Shown: in pieces, positions 9,155 through 18,046 of the stretch
Layout: every line of letters starts with the position of its first letter
How positions within the stretch are numbered: position 1 is the stretch's first letter
Source of the DNA: an uncultured Candidatus Saccharibacteria bacterium
Lineage (GTDB): Bacteria > Patescibacteriota > Minisyncoccia > Phycocordibacterales > DATDSR01
DNA length: 45,882 nt
Direction of reading: 5' to 3'
Assembly: GCA_964348575.1 (NCBI GenBank)
Contig: CAYGDD010000002.1
Span: 1 to 45,882 of the forward strand
The notes under the pieces: generated by a model
The model's input: the letters and a program-made list of their open reading frames with translations, nothing else
What the model was told of the DNA's origin: nothing
The model's database searches: none
Position numbers and translations under genes: made by a program

Positions 9155-10396
9155 ATGCGACAATCTAAATTGTTTACAAAAACGCGCAAGGAGGCCCCCA
9201 AAGATGAGGTTAGCAAGAACGCCCAATTGCTTATTAGGGCTGGCTACATCCACAAAGAGATGGCCGGAGTGTATAGCATTTTACCACTTGGCTTTAGAGT
9301 TATAGACAAGATTGCCAGTATTATTCGCGAGGAGATTAACGCTATTGGTGGTCAGGAGATTGCCATGTCTCTTTTGCAAGACAAGACAGTCTGGGAGAAG
9401 TCTGGCAGATGGAGTGATGAGGTAGTAGACAATTGGTTTAAGTCTGAACTTAAGGATGGCACAGAGGTAGGCCTTACTCTAACTAATGAAGAGCCCCTAG
9501 CTAACTTGTTGATAGGACACTTGAACTCCTACAAGGATTTGCCGATGTACATATATCAGATTCGCACCAAGTTCCGCAACGAGCTTAGAGCCAAGAGTGG
9601 TATTATGCGCGGACGTGAATTCTTGATGCAAGACTTGTACTCCTTCAATACATCAAAAGAGGAGTTTAGAAAGTTCTACGAACAATGCGCAGAGGCCTAT
9701 ATGCGCATCTTCACTAGGATTGGTATTGGGGCTGTAACGTACAGGACTGTGGCGGCGGGGGGTTCGTTTACTTCCGGCTTTACGGACGAATTCCAAACTC
9801 TGTCTGAAACAGGCGAAGATTTGATCTACCTTGATGAGACCAAGAAGTTAGCTATTAACAAGGAGATTTATAATGACGAAAATATAAAGAAGACTGGTTT
9901 AGTGAAAGCTGATTTGGTAGAGAAGAAGGCAATTGAGGTCGGTAATATTTTCCCCCTTGGAACTAAGTATGCCGAAGCGCTGGGCTTAAGCTATAAAAAT
10001 AGTGCCGGCGAAAAGGTGTACCCAGTGATGGGCTCGTATGGCATTGGGCTAGGACGACTTATGGGTACGGTGGTAGAAGTCTTATCAGATGAGAAGGGGA
10101 TTGTCTGGCCTGAGAGCATTACCCCCTTTAGGATACACCTCCTGCTTCTTGATAAGGATAAGAGGGATGAGGCTGATAGTATATATGAAGAGTTAACTGC
10201 TATGGGAGTGGAGGTATTATATGATGATCGTGATATTGGTGTGGGGGAGAAGTTTGCCGATGCAGACTTGCTTGGTATGCCTTGGCAAGTAGCTCTTGGG
10301 AAGAAAAATGAAGCAGGTATGTGTGAGGTCAAGAATCGTAAATCAGGAGAGAATACAGCAATGACAGGGTCGGCCTTAATCAAGAAGTTCAGTTAA
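9155..10396 (+). CDS. proS: Prolyl-tRNA synthetase, short form without INS editing domain
   Basis: 413 aa. The N-terminus MRQSKLFTKTRKEAPKDEVSKNAQLLIRAGYI is bacterial ProRS-like. Class II motif 2 is FRNELRAKSGIMRGREFLMQD, motif 3 is GSYGIGLGRLMG, followed by a C-terminal anticodon-binding domain. TAATAT at 9143-9148 lies 6 nt upstream of the ATG. Confidence 0.9.
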   Translation: MRQSKLFTKTRKEAPKDEVSKNAQLLIRAGYIHKEMAGVYSILPLGFRVIDKIASIIREEINAIGGQEIAMSLLQDKTVWEKSGRWSDEVVDNWFKSELKDGTEVGLTLTNEEPLANLLIGHLNSYKDLPMYIYQIRTKFRNELRAKSGIMRGREFLMQDLYSFNTSKEEFRKFYEQCAEAYMRIFTRIGIGAVTYRTVAAGGSFTSGFTDEFQTLSETGEDLIYLDETKKLAINKEIYNDENIKKTGLVKADLVEKKAIEVGNIFPLGTKYAEALGLSYKNSAGEKVYPVMGSYGIGLGRLMGTVVEVLSDEKGIVWPESITPFRIHLLLLDKDKRDEADSIYEELTAMGVEVLYDDRDIGVGEKFADADLLGMPWQVALGKKNEAGMCEVKNRKSGENTAMTGSALIKKFS

Positions 10397-10401
10397 TCAA
10401 T

Positions 10402-11457
10402 ATGTTTGAGAAGATCAAACAATACTTTTCGGATGATATGGGTATAGACTTGGGTACTGCCAACACTCTTGTCTACGTCAAAGGCAAAGGTATCGTCATT
10501 AACGAGCCGTCGGTCGTAGCTATTAACGAGAAGACTGGGCGAGTTGTGGCCGTGGGTAAAGATGCCTATAAGATGGTCGGACGCACTCCCGGGCATGTAA
10601 GTGCAGTTAGACCTCTTGTAGATGGAGTTATATCTAACTTTGAAGCTACAGAAGAGATGCTAGCCCACTTTATAAGGAAGGCGATGGCTCAATCAACCAA
10701 GAAGTTACTAGGCCCCAGAGTTGTCATTGGCATCCCCTCGGGTATTACAAATGTAGAAAAACGAGCTGTGCGCGATGCCGCCCGTAATGCGGGCGCACGT
10801 GAAGTTTACCTTATCGAAGAGCCTATGGCCGGGGCTATTGGCACTAAGTTACCTGTTAACGAACCTATGGGGAGTATGGTAATTGATATTGGTGGTGGCA
10901 CTACAGATATAGCGGTTATTTCTTTAGGTGGTATCGTGGCTTCTAAAAACTTACGCATAGCTGGTGACAAGCTCAACGACGATATTATCAACTACATTCG
11001 AGACCAGTACAAGATTTTGATCGGTCTTAAGACAGCAGAAACACTTAAAGTTTCCATATGTTCTGTGATTGAACTTACCCAACCCCTGCAAATGAAGGTT
11101 AGGGGTAGGGATCTAGTAACTGGCCTACCGAGGGAAATTAGTGTCTCGGATTCTGATGTTCGAGAAGCCGTAAGTGCAACAATAGCTATTATTGTTGATG
11201 GGGTTAAGGAGGTCTTAGAGACCACCCCCCCAGAAGTAGTGGCAGATGTAATGAATCGTGGTTTAGTCTTATTTGGAGGCGGGGCTTTGGTTAGCAACCT
11301 TGTTCAGCTTTTAGAGAGTGAGTTAAAGGTACCTATATATATAGCTGAAGAGCCACTTACCTCCGTGGTTAGAGGTACCGGCTATGTAATCGAGAATCTA
11401 GGTAAATATGGCAATGTTTTAGTTGAAAATGAGGATGAACTTAGTCCAAGGGTATAG
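10402..11457 (+). CDS. mreB: Rod-shape-determining actin homolog MreB (paralog 2, heads the mreBCD-PBP2 operon)
   Basis: 351 aa with GIDLGTANTLVYVKGKGIV and MVIDIGGGTTDIAVISLGGIV. It is followed directly by mreC. Confidence 0.93.
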   Translation: MFEKIKQYFSDDMGIDLGTANTLVYVKGKGIVINEPSVVAINEKTGRVVAVGKDAYKMVGRTPGHVSAVRPLVDGVISNFEATEEMLAHFIRKAMAQSTKKLLGPRVVIGIPSGITNVEKRAVRDAARNAGAREVYLIEEPMAGAIGTKLPVNEPMGSMVIDIGGGTTDIAVISLGGIVASKNLRIAGDKLNDDIINYIRDQYKILIGLKTAETLKVSICSVIELTQPLQMKVRGRDLVTGLPREISVSDSDVREAVSATIAIIVDGVKEVLETTPPEVVADVMNRGLVLFGGGALVSNLVQLLESELKVPIYIAEEPLTSVVRGTGYVIENLGKYGNVLVENEDELSPRV

Positions 11458-12217
11458 GGGTAGGGGGAAGTCGTACCTCAGAGTTACTATTTTTGTAATT
11501 TTTCTAGTTTTAATAATATTTCTTCGCTCTTATATAAATTACATTATAGAACCAGTTATAAAGTACCTAGCCCAACCTATGTGGGGGCTCAGATTTGCCC
11601 CAGCAAACACAGTCGGATACATCGTTGGCCAAACACAAAGTAAGAGCCAACTTATTGCCCGGAATGTAGAGCTTGAGCGTGCCCATGTAGATCAAGATCT
11701 ACTCCGAGCTAGGATTATGAAATTAGAACAAGAAAATGCAAAACTTCTTGCTTTAGTAGGTTATCCTGTTAATTCCAGTTCTAAGCTCAGCTACGTTCTT
11801 TCGTCTGCTTCGGCCTCTTCTTACAGTACCTTTTTAATAGAGGGTGGTTTGGCTAGAGGCTTTAGCATAGGTGCCAAAGTATATTCGGACGATAATGTAA
11901 TCTTGGGAGAATTAGTAGAAGTATACGAGGATATGTCTAAAGTTGTATTGTACTCTGCCTATGGTAGAGAGATTGAGGTCGAGCTACTTGACCATACTAG
12001 ACTACTAGCAACAGGCAATGGTAATCAGAACTTCCAGCTTAGATTACCTAAGGGAGTAGGCCTAATCGAAGGTTCGGTATTATACAGCCCAGGTGGTGGC
12101 GCTTCTATTATTGCAGTAGTTGCGAGACTTGAGGAGAGTGCGGGAGAGGCCTTTATTAAAGTACTAGCAAGAAGTCCAGTAAATATCAATAGCACAGCAG
12201 TCGTCTATGTCCAGTGA
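11423..12217 (+). CDS. mreC: Rod-shape protein MreC (start codon uncertain; tracked ORF overlaps the mreB-2 end)
   Basis: 264 aa with an N-terminal TM helix, a coiled-coil (LELERAHVDQDLLRARIMKLEQENAKLL) and a beta-rich C-terminal part, positioned between mreB and PBP2. Confidence 0.75.
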   Translation: MKMRMNLVQGYRGRGKSYLRVTIFVIFLVLIIFLRSYINYIIEPVIKYLAQPMWGLRFAPANTVGYIVGQTQSKSQLIARNVELERAHVDQDLLRARIMKLEQENAKLLALVGYPVNSSSKLSYVLSSASASSYSTFLIEGGLARGFSIGAKVYSDDNVILGELVEVYEDMSKVVLYSAYGREIEVELLDHTRLLATGNGNQNFQLRLPKGVGLIEGSVLYSPGGGASIIAVVARLEESAGEAFIKVLARSPVNINSTAVVYVQ

Positions 12218-12479
12218 AAATAGAATCACATTTCGCGTAATCTTTTTTATTATCATAGCCTACACAATTTTTGTATATCCATGGTGGGTGTCATTACTAT
12301 TATACTTAGTCGCCTTGTTAAACTTCGACAACTATTATGAGGTTTTTGTCCTGGCACCAATTATTCAGTTTATTTATTTCACGGACCAGTCACACTATGT
12401 GAATCCAGTCGTAATCTCGATAATACTATACATCATTGTAAATCTATTTGTTAAGAACTATTTGAGAGCCTATGTTTAA
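12207..12479 (+). CDS. Small polytopic membrane protein, MreD-like by position
   Basis: 90 aa with three hydrophobic helices. It is overlap-coupled between mreC and PBP2. No sequence motif was recognised. Confidence 0.4.
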   Translation: MSSENRITFRVIFFIIIAYTIFVYPWWVSLLLYLVALLNFDNYYEVFVLAPIIQFIYFTDQSHYVNPVVISIILYIIVNLFVKNYLRAYV

Positions 12480-14142
12480 ACGCAAGCACAAGAATGTTGA
12501 CCTAGCTTTGGATGAAGTGCTACTAGATACAGGGAATATACCTGCCTTTGACGTACAACAATTCGAGGGAAGGATTGAGAGAGCCCTATCTAAGAGATCA
12601 CTAGTGTATATCTCAATAGCTTTTAGTATTGTTGGGATTGTATATGCCGCTCGTATTGGTTATTTGCAGATAGTTCGAGCAGAGGAGTATTATGTACGAA
12701 GTGAGGATAATAGTTTGCGTATGATAGCAATACCCACAGAGCGAGGTATAATTTATGATAGAAACTCTGAGCCCCTCGCATGGACCGATCCTAATAAAGG
12801 CAGGATGTACACACAGAGGGTGGGCTTGGCGCACGTGCTTGGCTACCTCGGGCTACCCAACAGGGACGATGTTAACGACTTAGGTTTGACTGACCCTAAC
12901 CTGCGTATTGGAAAGTCCGGCATTGAGCGCCAATACGATAACTTGCTACAAGGTGAGGTTGGGTTAAAGGTAGAGGAAGTTGACGCCCTAGGTAGGGTTG
13001 TATCCGAGGGTATGCGCAAAGAGCCCAAGGACGGGGCATCTTTGACTTTAAGTATTGACGCTGGACTTCAAGAGGCAATGTATGGATATATAACCGCAGT
13101 TGCAAAGGAACGTGACTTCATCGGGGGAGCGGGAGTCATTGTGGATGTTGCCACGGGTGAGATCTTAGCTCTCACTAGCTATCCAGAGTACCCCCTTGCA
13201 GTTATAAGTGGCACCACTACCCCAGCTAGTGTGAATGCCCTTCTTAATGACCCGGGTAAGCCATTCCTTAATCGAGCCATTTCTGGAGTCTATACTCCGG
13301 GATCTATCGTTAAGCCTTACGTAGCCCTCGCTGCTCTAACTGAAGGCACTGTTAGTCCCAGCTTAAGCATCCTGAGTACTGGAGAAATCAGAGTAAAGAA
13401 TCCCTACGTGGAGGATACGTATACAAGTTTCAAAGATTGGAAGGCCCACGGTTGGGTAGATATGCGCAAAGCTCTAGCCGTCTCTTCAAATGTGTACTTC
13501 TATGAGATTGGAGGCGGGTTTGAGAACGTTAAGGGCTTGGGTATAGCTAATATCAATAAGTACTCAAATATGTTTGGTCTAGGTAGGAAGACAGACATTG
13601 ACCTTGCGGGTGAAGTAAGTGGAGTCGTCCCGGGGCCTGCTTGGAAGAAGGAAGTCTTCGGCGAGGAGTGGGTCCTAGGAGATACCTACCATACTGCAAT
13701 TGGTCAGTACGCCTTTGGAGTTACTCCCATCCAAATGGCTCGAGCGACAGCGGCCATTGCCAATGGGGGTAAATTGGTCACCCCGCACTTAACAAACCAA
13801 AGAAAGATAGAATATTCCCAACTGCCAGTGGAGGAGGCTAGCTTTAAAGTAGTTAGGGAGGGGATGCGCCTTGGTGTCACTGATGGCACGGTTAGGTTAC
13901 TTGATTTCCCTTATGTAGAAATAGCGGCTAAGTCGGGTACGGCAGAGCTGGGCGAGTCGCGCACTAGGGTTAATTCCTGGATCACCGGGTTCTACCCCTA
14001 CCGTAATCCGAAGTATGCTTTCGCCATTGTGATGGAGCGCGGTCATGTCGGTAACACCATCGGAGCAGCCTTTGTGGCGGGCCAGACCTTTGATTGGATG
14101 AGAGTTTACAGGCCAGAGTACTTAGGCTATAATAGTCCCTAA
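12472..14142 (+). CDS. mrdA: Penicillin-binding protein 2 (elongation transpeptidase)
   Basis: 556 aa with a TM anchor, SIVKP (SxxK), SSN and KSGTA (KTG-like) motifs, in the mre operon context. Confidence 0.88.
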   Translation: MFKRKHKNVDLALDEVLLDTGNIPAFDVQQFEGRIERALSKRSLVYISIAFSIVGIVYAARIGYLQIVRAEEYYVRSEDNSLRMIAIPTERGIIYDRNSEPLAWTDPNKGRMYTQRVGLAHVLGYLGLPNRDDVNDLGLTDPNLRIGKSGIERQYDNLLQGEVGLKVEEVDALGRVVSEGMRKEPKDGASLTLSIDAGLQEAMYGYITAVAKERDFIGGAGVIVDVATGEILALTSYPEYPLAVISGTTTPASVNALLNDPGKPFLNRAISGVYTPGSIVKPYVALAALTEGTVSPSLSILSTGEIRVKNPYVEDTYTSFKDWKAHGWVDMRKALAVSSNVYFYEIGGGFENVKGLGIANINKYSNMFGLGRKTDIDLAGEVSGVVPGPAWKKEVFGEEWVLGDTYHTAIGQYAFGVTPIQMARATAAIANGGKLVTPHLTNQRKIEYSQLPVEEASFKVVREGMRLGVTDGTVRLLDFPYVEIAAKSGTAELGESRTRVNSWITGFYPYRNPKYAFAIVMERGHVGNTIGAAFVAGQTFDWMRVYRPEYLGYNSP

Positions 14143-14143
14143 T

Positions 14144-14611
14144 ATGACGGACAATAAGGAGTATCTAAGTAAAGAGAAGTTAGCCGAACTTAAGTTAGAA
14201 CTTGAGGACCTAAGCACCACCAAGAGGAGGGAGATAGCCCAGAGCTTGGAGCAGGCTAAGTCTCTTGGCGACCTACGTGAGAATTCGGAGTACCAAGAGG
14301 CCCGGACGGCTCAGGCTGCCCTTGAGGAGAGGATTGCTTATTTGGCTAGTGTTATCAAGCGAGCAGTTATTGTAGAGAGTCACCACTCATCCAAGGTTGA
14401 AGTTGGCACTACCCTTGTGGTTTGTAAGAGTGGTAGCAAGGATATGCAGAAGCTAACCTTGGTAGGTTCCTCTGAGGCTGACATTGCCTCTGGCAAAGTA
14501 TCCAACGAGTCACCCATAGGTCAGGCTATGATTGGTAAGAAGAAGGGCGAGACATTTGTTGTTAAAACTATTAAAGGCAACTTTGAGTATAAGATAATTG
14601 ACATAGAATAA
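14144..14611 (+). CDS. greA: Transcription elongation factor GreA
   Basis: 155 aa with GDLRENSEYQEAR coiled-coil tip acidic residues and a C-terminal FKBP-like domain. Confidence 0.92.
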   Translation: MTDNKEYLSKEKLAELKLELEDLSTTKRREIAQSLEQAKSLGDLRENSEYQEARTAQAALEERIAYLASVIKRAVIVESHHSSKVEVGTTLVVCKSGSKDMQKLTLVGSSEADIASGKVSNESPIGQAMIGKKKGETFVVKTIKGNFEYKIIDIE

Positions 14612-14626
14612 TTGGACTAAGTACTA

Positions 14627-16069
14627 ATGGCCACACTAATTGAACTTAGAACAGAGCGCATAAGGAAGGCGGACGAATTAAGAAGTTTAGGCATTAATCC
14701 ATACCCATCTAGTTGTGATCGTACCCACAAGGTGGCCGAGATCTTGGAACAATTTGATAAACTAGAAAATAAGGAAGTAACTGTAGCTGGCCGACTTATG
14801 TCTTGGCGCGAGCACGGACCCATCAGCTTTGGCGATATCAGTGACCCCACGGGAAAGATCCAGCTGTATATCCAGAAAGATTTACTCACTACTACCGACA
14901 GGACCACACAGACCATCGGCTATGACCATCTTAATCTACTTGATGTGGGTGACATAATAGAAGCAACTGGATTAGTCACCAAGACTAAGAAGGGTACGCA
15001 ATCTGTAGCTCCTACCAAGGTCAAAATTCTGGCTAAGTCTATTAGGCCTCTGCCAGACAAGTGGGATGGGATACAGGACCCCGAAATCTTGCAAAGACAG
15101 CGCTATCTTGACCTTATAGTTAATCCCGAGCATAAGTACAGATTTGAGAAGGCCGCCCAGATCCTCTTTGCTATTAGAGTGTTTATGAATAAGAAAGGCT
15201 TCCTAGAGATTAAGACCCCCATCATCCAGCCTACCTATGGGGGCACTTCAGCCAAACCCTTCAAGACTCGGGTTAACGCCTTGGGCGTAGACTATTATCT
15301 AGCCGTGGCGCACGAATTATATCTAAAGCGTTTGATTACGGCCGGCTTTGAGAATGTTTTCAATATAGTTGGCTATTTTAGAAACGAAGGCATAGATCGT
15401 TCGCATAGCCCCGAGTTTAATATGCTTGAGACTATGACGGCCTACAAAAATTACGAGTACAATATGGACTTGATAGAGGAGATGTACAAGTACATTGGTG
15501 ACACGGTCTTTGGTAAAACAGAGTTCGTGGTAGAGGGTCACAAGATTGACTTTGCCAAGCCTTGGCGACGAGCCCGGATGGTAGATCTGGTGAAAGAGTA
15601 TACGGGCAAGGACCTATTGGGTGAGGAGCTTGTAAAAGTCTTTGAAGACGAAGTTGAGCATAAGTTGATAGAGCCAACTTTTGTTATGAATCACCCCGTA
15701 GAGGTGAGCCCACTTGCGAAGGCACTTGAGAGTGACCCGCGCTTTGTGGAGCGCTTCGAGATCTTCATTGGTGGGATAGAGGGCGGAGATAATTGGACCG
15801 AGCTTAACGACCCCATTGAGCTCTTCAAACGTTTCAGCGATCAACACAAACGTAGGTTAGCCGGTGATGAAGAGGCCCACCCTATGGATCTAGAGTTTAT
15901 TGAAATGATGGAGTACGGTATGCCCCCAACTACTGGCCTAGGCCCTGGCATAGAGCGCCTGACAATGATGTTCACCGAAGCGCACAACATTGACGATGTG
16001 ATGTTCTTCCCCATGCTCCGACCCAACCCTCCCTCGGACGTACAAAAGCAAATCTACGGCAACACCTAG
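14627..16069 (+). CDS. lysS: Lysyl-tRNA synthetase, class II
   Basis: 480 aa with an OB-fold N-domain, motif 2 FRNEGIDRSHSPEFNMLE and motif 3 GLGPGIERLTMM. Confidence 0.93.
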   Translation: MATLIELRTERIRKADELRSLGINPYPSSCDRTHKVAEILEQFDKLENKEVTVAGRLMSWREHGPISFGDISDPTGKIQLYIQKDLLTTTDRTTQTIGYDHLNLLDVGDIIEATGLVTKTKKGTQSVAPTKVKILAKSIRPLPDKWDGIQDPEILQRQRYLDLIVNPEHKYRFEKAAQILFAIRVFMNKKGFLEIKTPIIQPTYGGTSAKPFKTRVNALGVDYYLAVAHELYLKRLITAGFENVFNIVGYFRNEGIDRSHSPEFNMLETMTAYKNYEYNMDLIEEMYKYIGDTVFGKTEFVVEGHKIDFAKPWRRARMVDLVKEYTGKDLLGEELVKVFEDEVEHKLIEPTFVMNHPVEVSPLAKALESDPRFVERFEIFIGGIEGGDNWTELNDPIELFKRFSDQHKRRLAGDEEAHPMDLEFIEMMEYGMPPTTGLGPGIERLTMMFTEAHNIDDVMFFPMLRPNPPSDVQKQIYGNT

Positions 16070-16113
16070 ATAAATAACATTCCCGAAGGGTTACCCTTCG
16101 GAGGAGACGATAG

Positions 16114-16136
16114 AGCCCGCTTTTGGCGGGCTTTTA
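16114..16136 (+). terminator. Rho-independent terminator after lysS
   Basis: AGCCCGC-TTTTG-GCGGGCT hairpin followed by TTTAT. Confidence 0.7.
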
Positions 16137-16202
16137 TGATGCTGTGCACTGCGAAGCTTTGCTTGCCCTTCCGTAGCCTAAGCGGAGGAGGGGCGAAGCA
16201 GT

Positions 16203-16270
16203 GTGGATAAGTGGTTAGGTGGAGTGGGGGATTGTGGGGTAGAATACAAGACAAGTGGGAGAAAGTGGGC
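16203..16270 (+). promoter_or_regulatory. Phased GTGGG direct repeats (candidate MraZ operator) around a TAGAAT -10 box
   Basis: GTGGG occurs at 16224, 16234, 16255 and 16265, as two pairs with exactly 10-nt phasing. Weaker GTGGA/GTGGT copies lie at 16203, 16211 and 16219. TAGAAT at 16240-16245 sits between the pairs. All of this is immediately upstream of mraZ. Confidence 0.6.
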
Positions 16271-16343
16271 TAATCTTGCCATAGGCGAGACGCCCGATCA
16301 GACTGTGTCTGATTTAGGGCAGATAACTTTTGGGCTTACTATC

Positions 16344-16778
16344 ATGCTAATTGGCGAATACACACATAGTCTAGACAGCAAGAAGCGGGTAGCTCTACCG
16401 GCCAAGTTTCGCAAGGAATTGGGCAAGCAGATAGTGATAACCCGGGGGTTGGATAAGTGCTTGTGGCTATATCCCATCAGGGAGTGGCATAAGGTAGCCG
16501 AGAAGTTGGCAGGTCTCTCTATGGGTCAGTCTGATACTAGAGGCTTCAGCAGATTTATGCTCGCAGGAGCTGTAGAGACTGATGTAGATGGTACGGGCCG
16601 GATCTTAGTGCCAGATTTCCTAAGAGAGTTCGCAGGATTAGGAACACAGTTGGTGCTTGCGGGAGTACACTCACGGGTTGAGATTTGGGATGAGAGAGTC
16701 TGGAAACAGTACAAGAATGCAGTGGCCAAAGAGGCCGACAAGCTTGCAGAGAAGCTAGGTGAGATAGGGGCGATATAG
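16344..16778 (+). CDS. mraZ: Transcriptional regulator MraZ
   Basis: The tracked ORF starts at 16203, but the conserved MraZ N-terminus (MLIGEYTHSLDSKKRVALPAKFR) begins at the ATG at 16344, giving a typical ~144-aa protein. A second SpoVT/AbrB-like half contains DGTGRILVPDFLR. Confidence 0.9.
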   Translation: MLIGEYTHSLDSKKRVALPAKFRKELGKQIVITRGLDKCLWLYPIREWHKVAEKLAGLSMGQSDTRGFSRFMLAGAVETDVDGTGRILVPDFLREFAGLGTQLVLAGVHSRVEIWDERVWKQYKNAVAKEADKLAEKLGEIGAI

Positions 16779-16781
16779 TTT

Positions 16782-17711
16782 ATGGCCCATCAGACAGTTC
16801 TTTTACAAGAGACGCTTACAGCACTAGGACTTAAGGCAGGAGATGCCGTCTTTGAGGGCACTGCCGGCGAAGGTGGTCTATCCCGTGAAGTTGCTCTGGC
16901 TATTGGCAAAGACGGAGTACTTATCCAGACTGACCTTGATCAAGAGATGTTAGGAAGATCCAAAGAGAGACTAATGGGGCTAGAGGTCAGGCTCATCCAA
17001 GAGCATAGCAACTTCCGTAACATCATTGCGATCTTAGATAAGCACAAGATTGCAAAGCTAGACGCCATAGTGCTTGACCTCGGCTTTGCTAGCTATCATG
17101 TAGACGAATCTGGTAGAGGCTTCACCTTCCAGAGGGATGAGCCCCTCAATATGAATCTAAATAGTGATATGAAAAGTAATGAAGCATACGGGGTAGATGC
17201 AGATGGGGTAGATGGGATAGACGGGGTGACTGCAAGTGTGATTATCAACGAGTGGTCAGAGGAGTCACTCGCGCAGATCTTTGTAGGCTTCGGCGATGAG
17301 CCCCGCGGGGCAAGGGTTGCCAAGGCTATTGTAGACCGGCGCAAGACTACACCCATAACTACTACCTCTGCGTTAGTAGGGATTATTAATGAGACTTTGG
17401 GCGAGAGGTCAGGCAAGATTAATTCGGCCACACGGATCTTCCAAGCTCTCCGGATAGCAGTCAATGATGAGCTCGGCGCCCTTACGCAAGTACTCCATGA
17501 TGGTTGGCCTAGGCTAGAAAGTGGTGGGCGGTTAGTGGTTATCTCTTTCCACGAGCACGAGGACAGAATAGTCAAAGGGTTCCAAAGAGAATTAATCAAG
17601 AGAGGAGAAGCCATACGCAGTGATATGAAGGTGGTTAAACCCGGCTTTGCAGAAGTTAAACTAAATAGAAGAGCCCGAAGCGCAAGATTACGAAAGCTGA
17701 CAAAAATATGA
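16782..17711 (+). CDS. rsmH: 16S rRNA (cytosine1402-N4)-methyltransferase RsmH
   Basis: 309 aa with HQTVLLQE, DLGFASYHVDE, RIFQALRIAVNDEL and ISFHEHEDRIVK motifs. Confidence 0.92.
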   Translation: MAHQTVLLQETLTALGLKAGDAVFEGTAGEGGLSREVALAIGKDGVLIQTDLDQEMLGRSKERLMGLEVRLIQEHSNFRNIIAILDKHKIAKLDAIVLDLGFASYHVDESGRGFTFQRDEPLNMNLNSDMKSNEAYGVDADGVDGIDGVTASVIINEWSEESLAQIFVGFGDEPRGARVAKAIVDRRKTTPITTTSALVGIINETLGERSGKINSATRIFQALRIAVNDELGALTQVLHDGWPRLESGGRLVVISFHEHEDRIVKGFQRELIKRGEAIRSDMKVVKPGFAEVKLNRRARSARLRKLTKI

Positions 17712-18046
17712 AATCTAAGACATTAAGTTTCTCTAAATATTTGAATACTACACACGTCTTTTGGCTACTTATTTTTTTGATTGTAGCCCAATTCCTTCTC
17801 TATCTTGTATTTGTCCAAGGCAGTGTCTACTACCTAGTAGCTAGTCATAAGTGGGAGAGTGATACTCGGAGCACTTTAATAAAGATCTCAAAGCTAGAGA
17901 GCGAATACTATACTCGCCTCATAAAAGTAGACCGTAATAGGGCAGAGAGGCAAGGCTTAGTTGCGATTAGGCACATAGACTACGTTAGAGTCAACGCCAC
18001 ATTAGGAGAAATTAGCTACCTCCCCAATGCGCCAAGGTCAAGGTAG
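17708..18046 (+). CDS. ftsL: FtsL-like small bitopic division protein
   Basis: 112 aa with a single TM helix followed by a short coiled segment, located between rsmH and ftsI. The call is by position only. Confidence 0.5.
   Translation: MKSKTLSFSKYLNTTHVFWLLIFLIVAQFLLYLVFVQGSVYYLVASHKWESDTRSTLIKISKLESEYYTRLIKVDRNRAERQGLVAIRHIDYVRVNATLGEISYLPNAPRSR

Noticed and set aside
9024-9305. 93-aa plus-strand ORF overlapping the proS start.
   Set aside because: It is out of frame with a ProRS whose N-terminus is canonical, and its sequence has no features. The region is better explained as the proS promoter plus the proS 5' end.
16203-16343. 47-aa N-terminal extension of MraZ in the tracked ORF.
   Set aside because: The conserved MraZ sequence begins at the ATG at 16344. 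The extension is simply the translation of the GTGGG repeat operator region.
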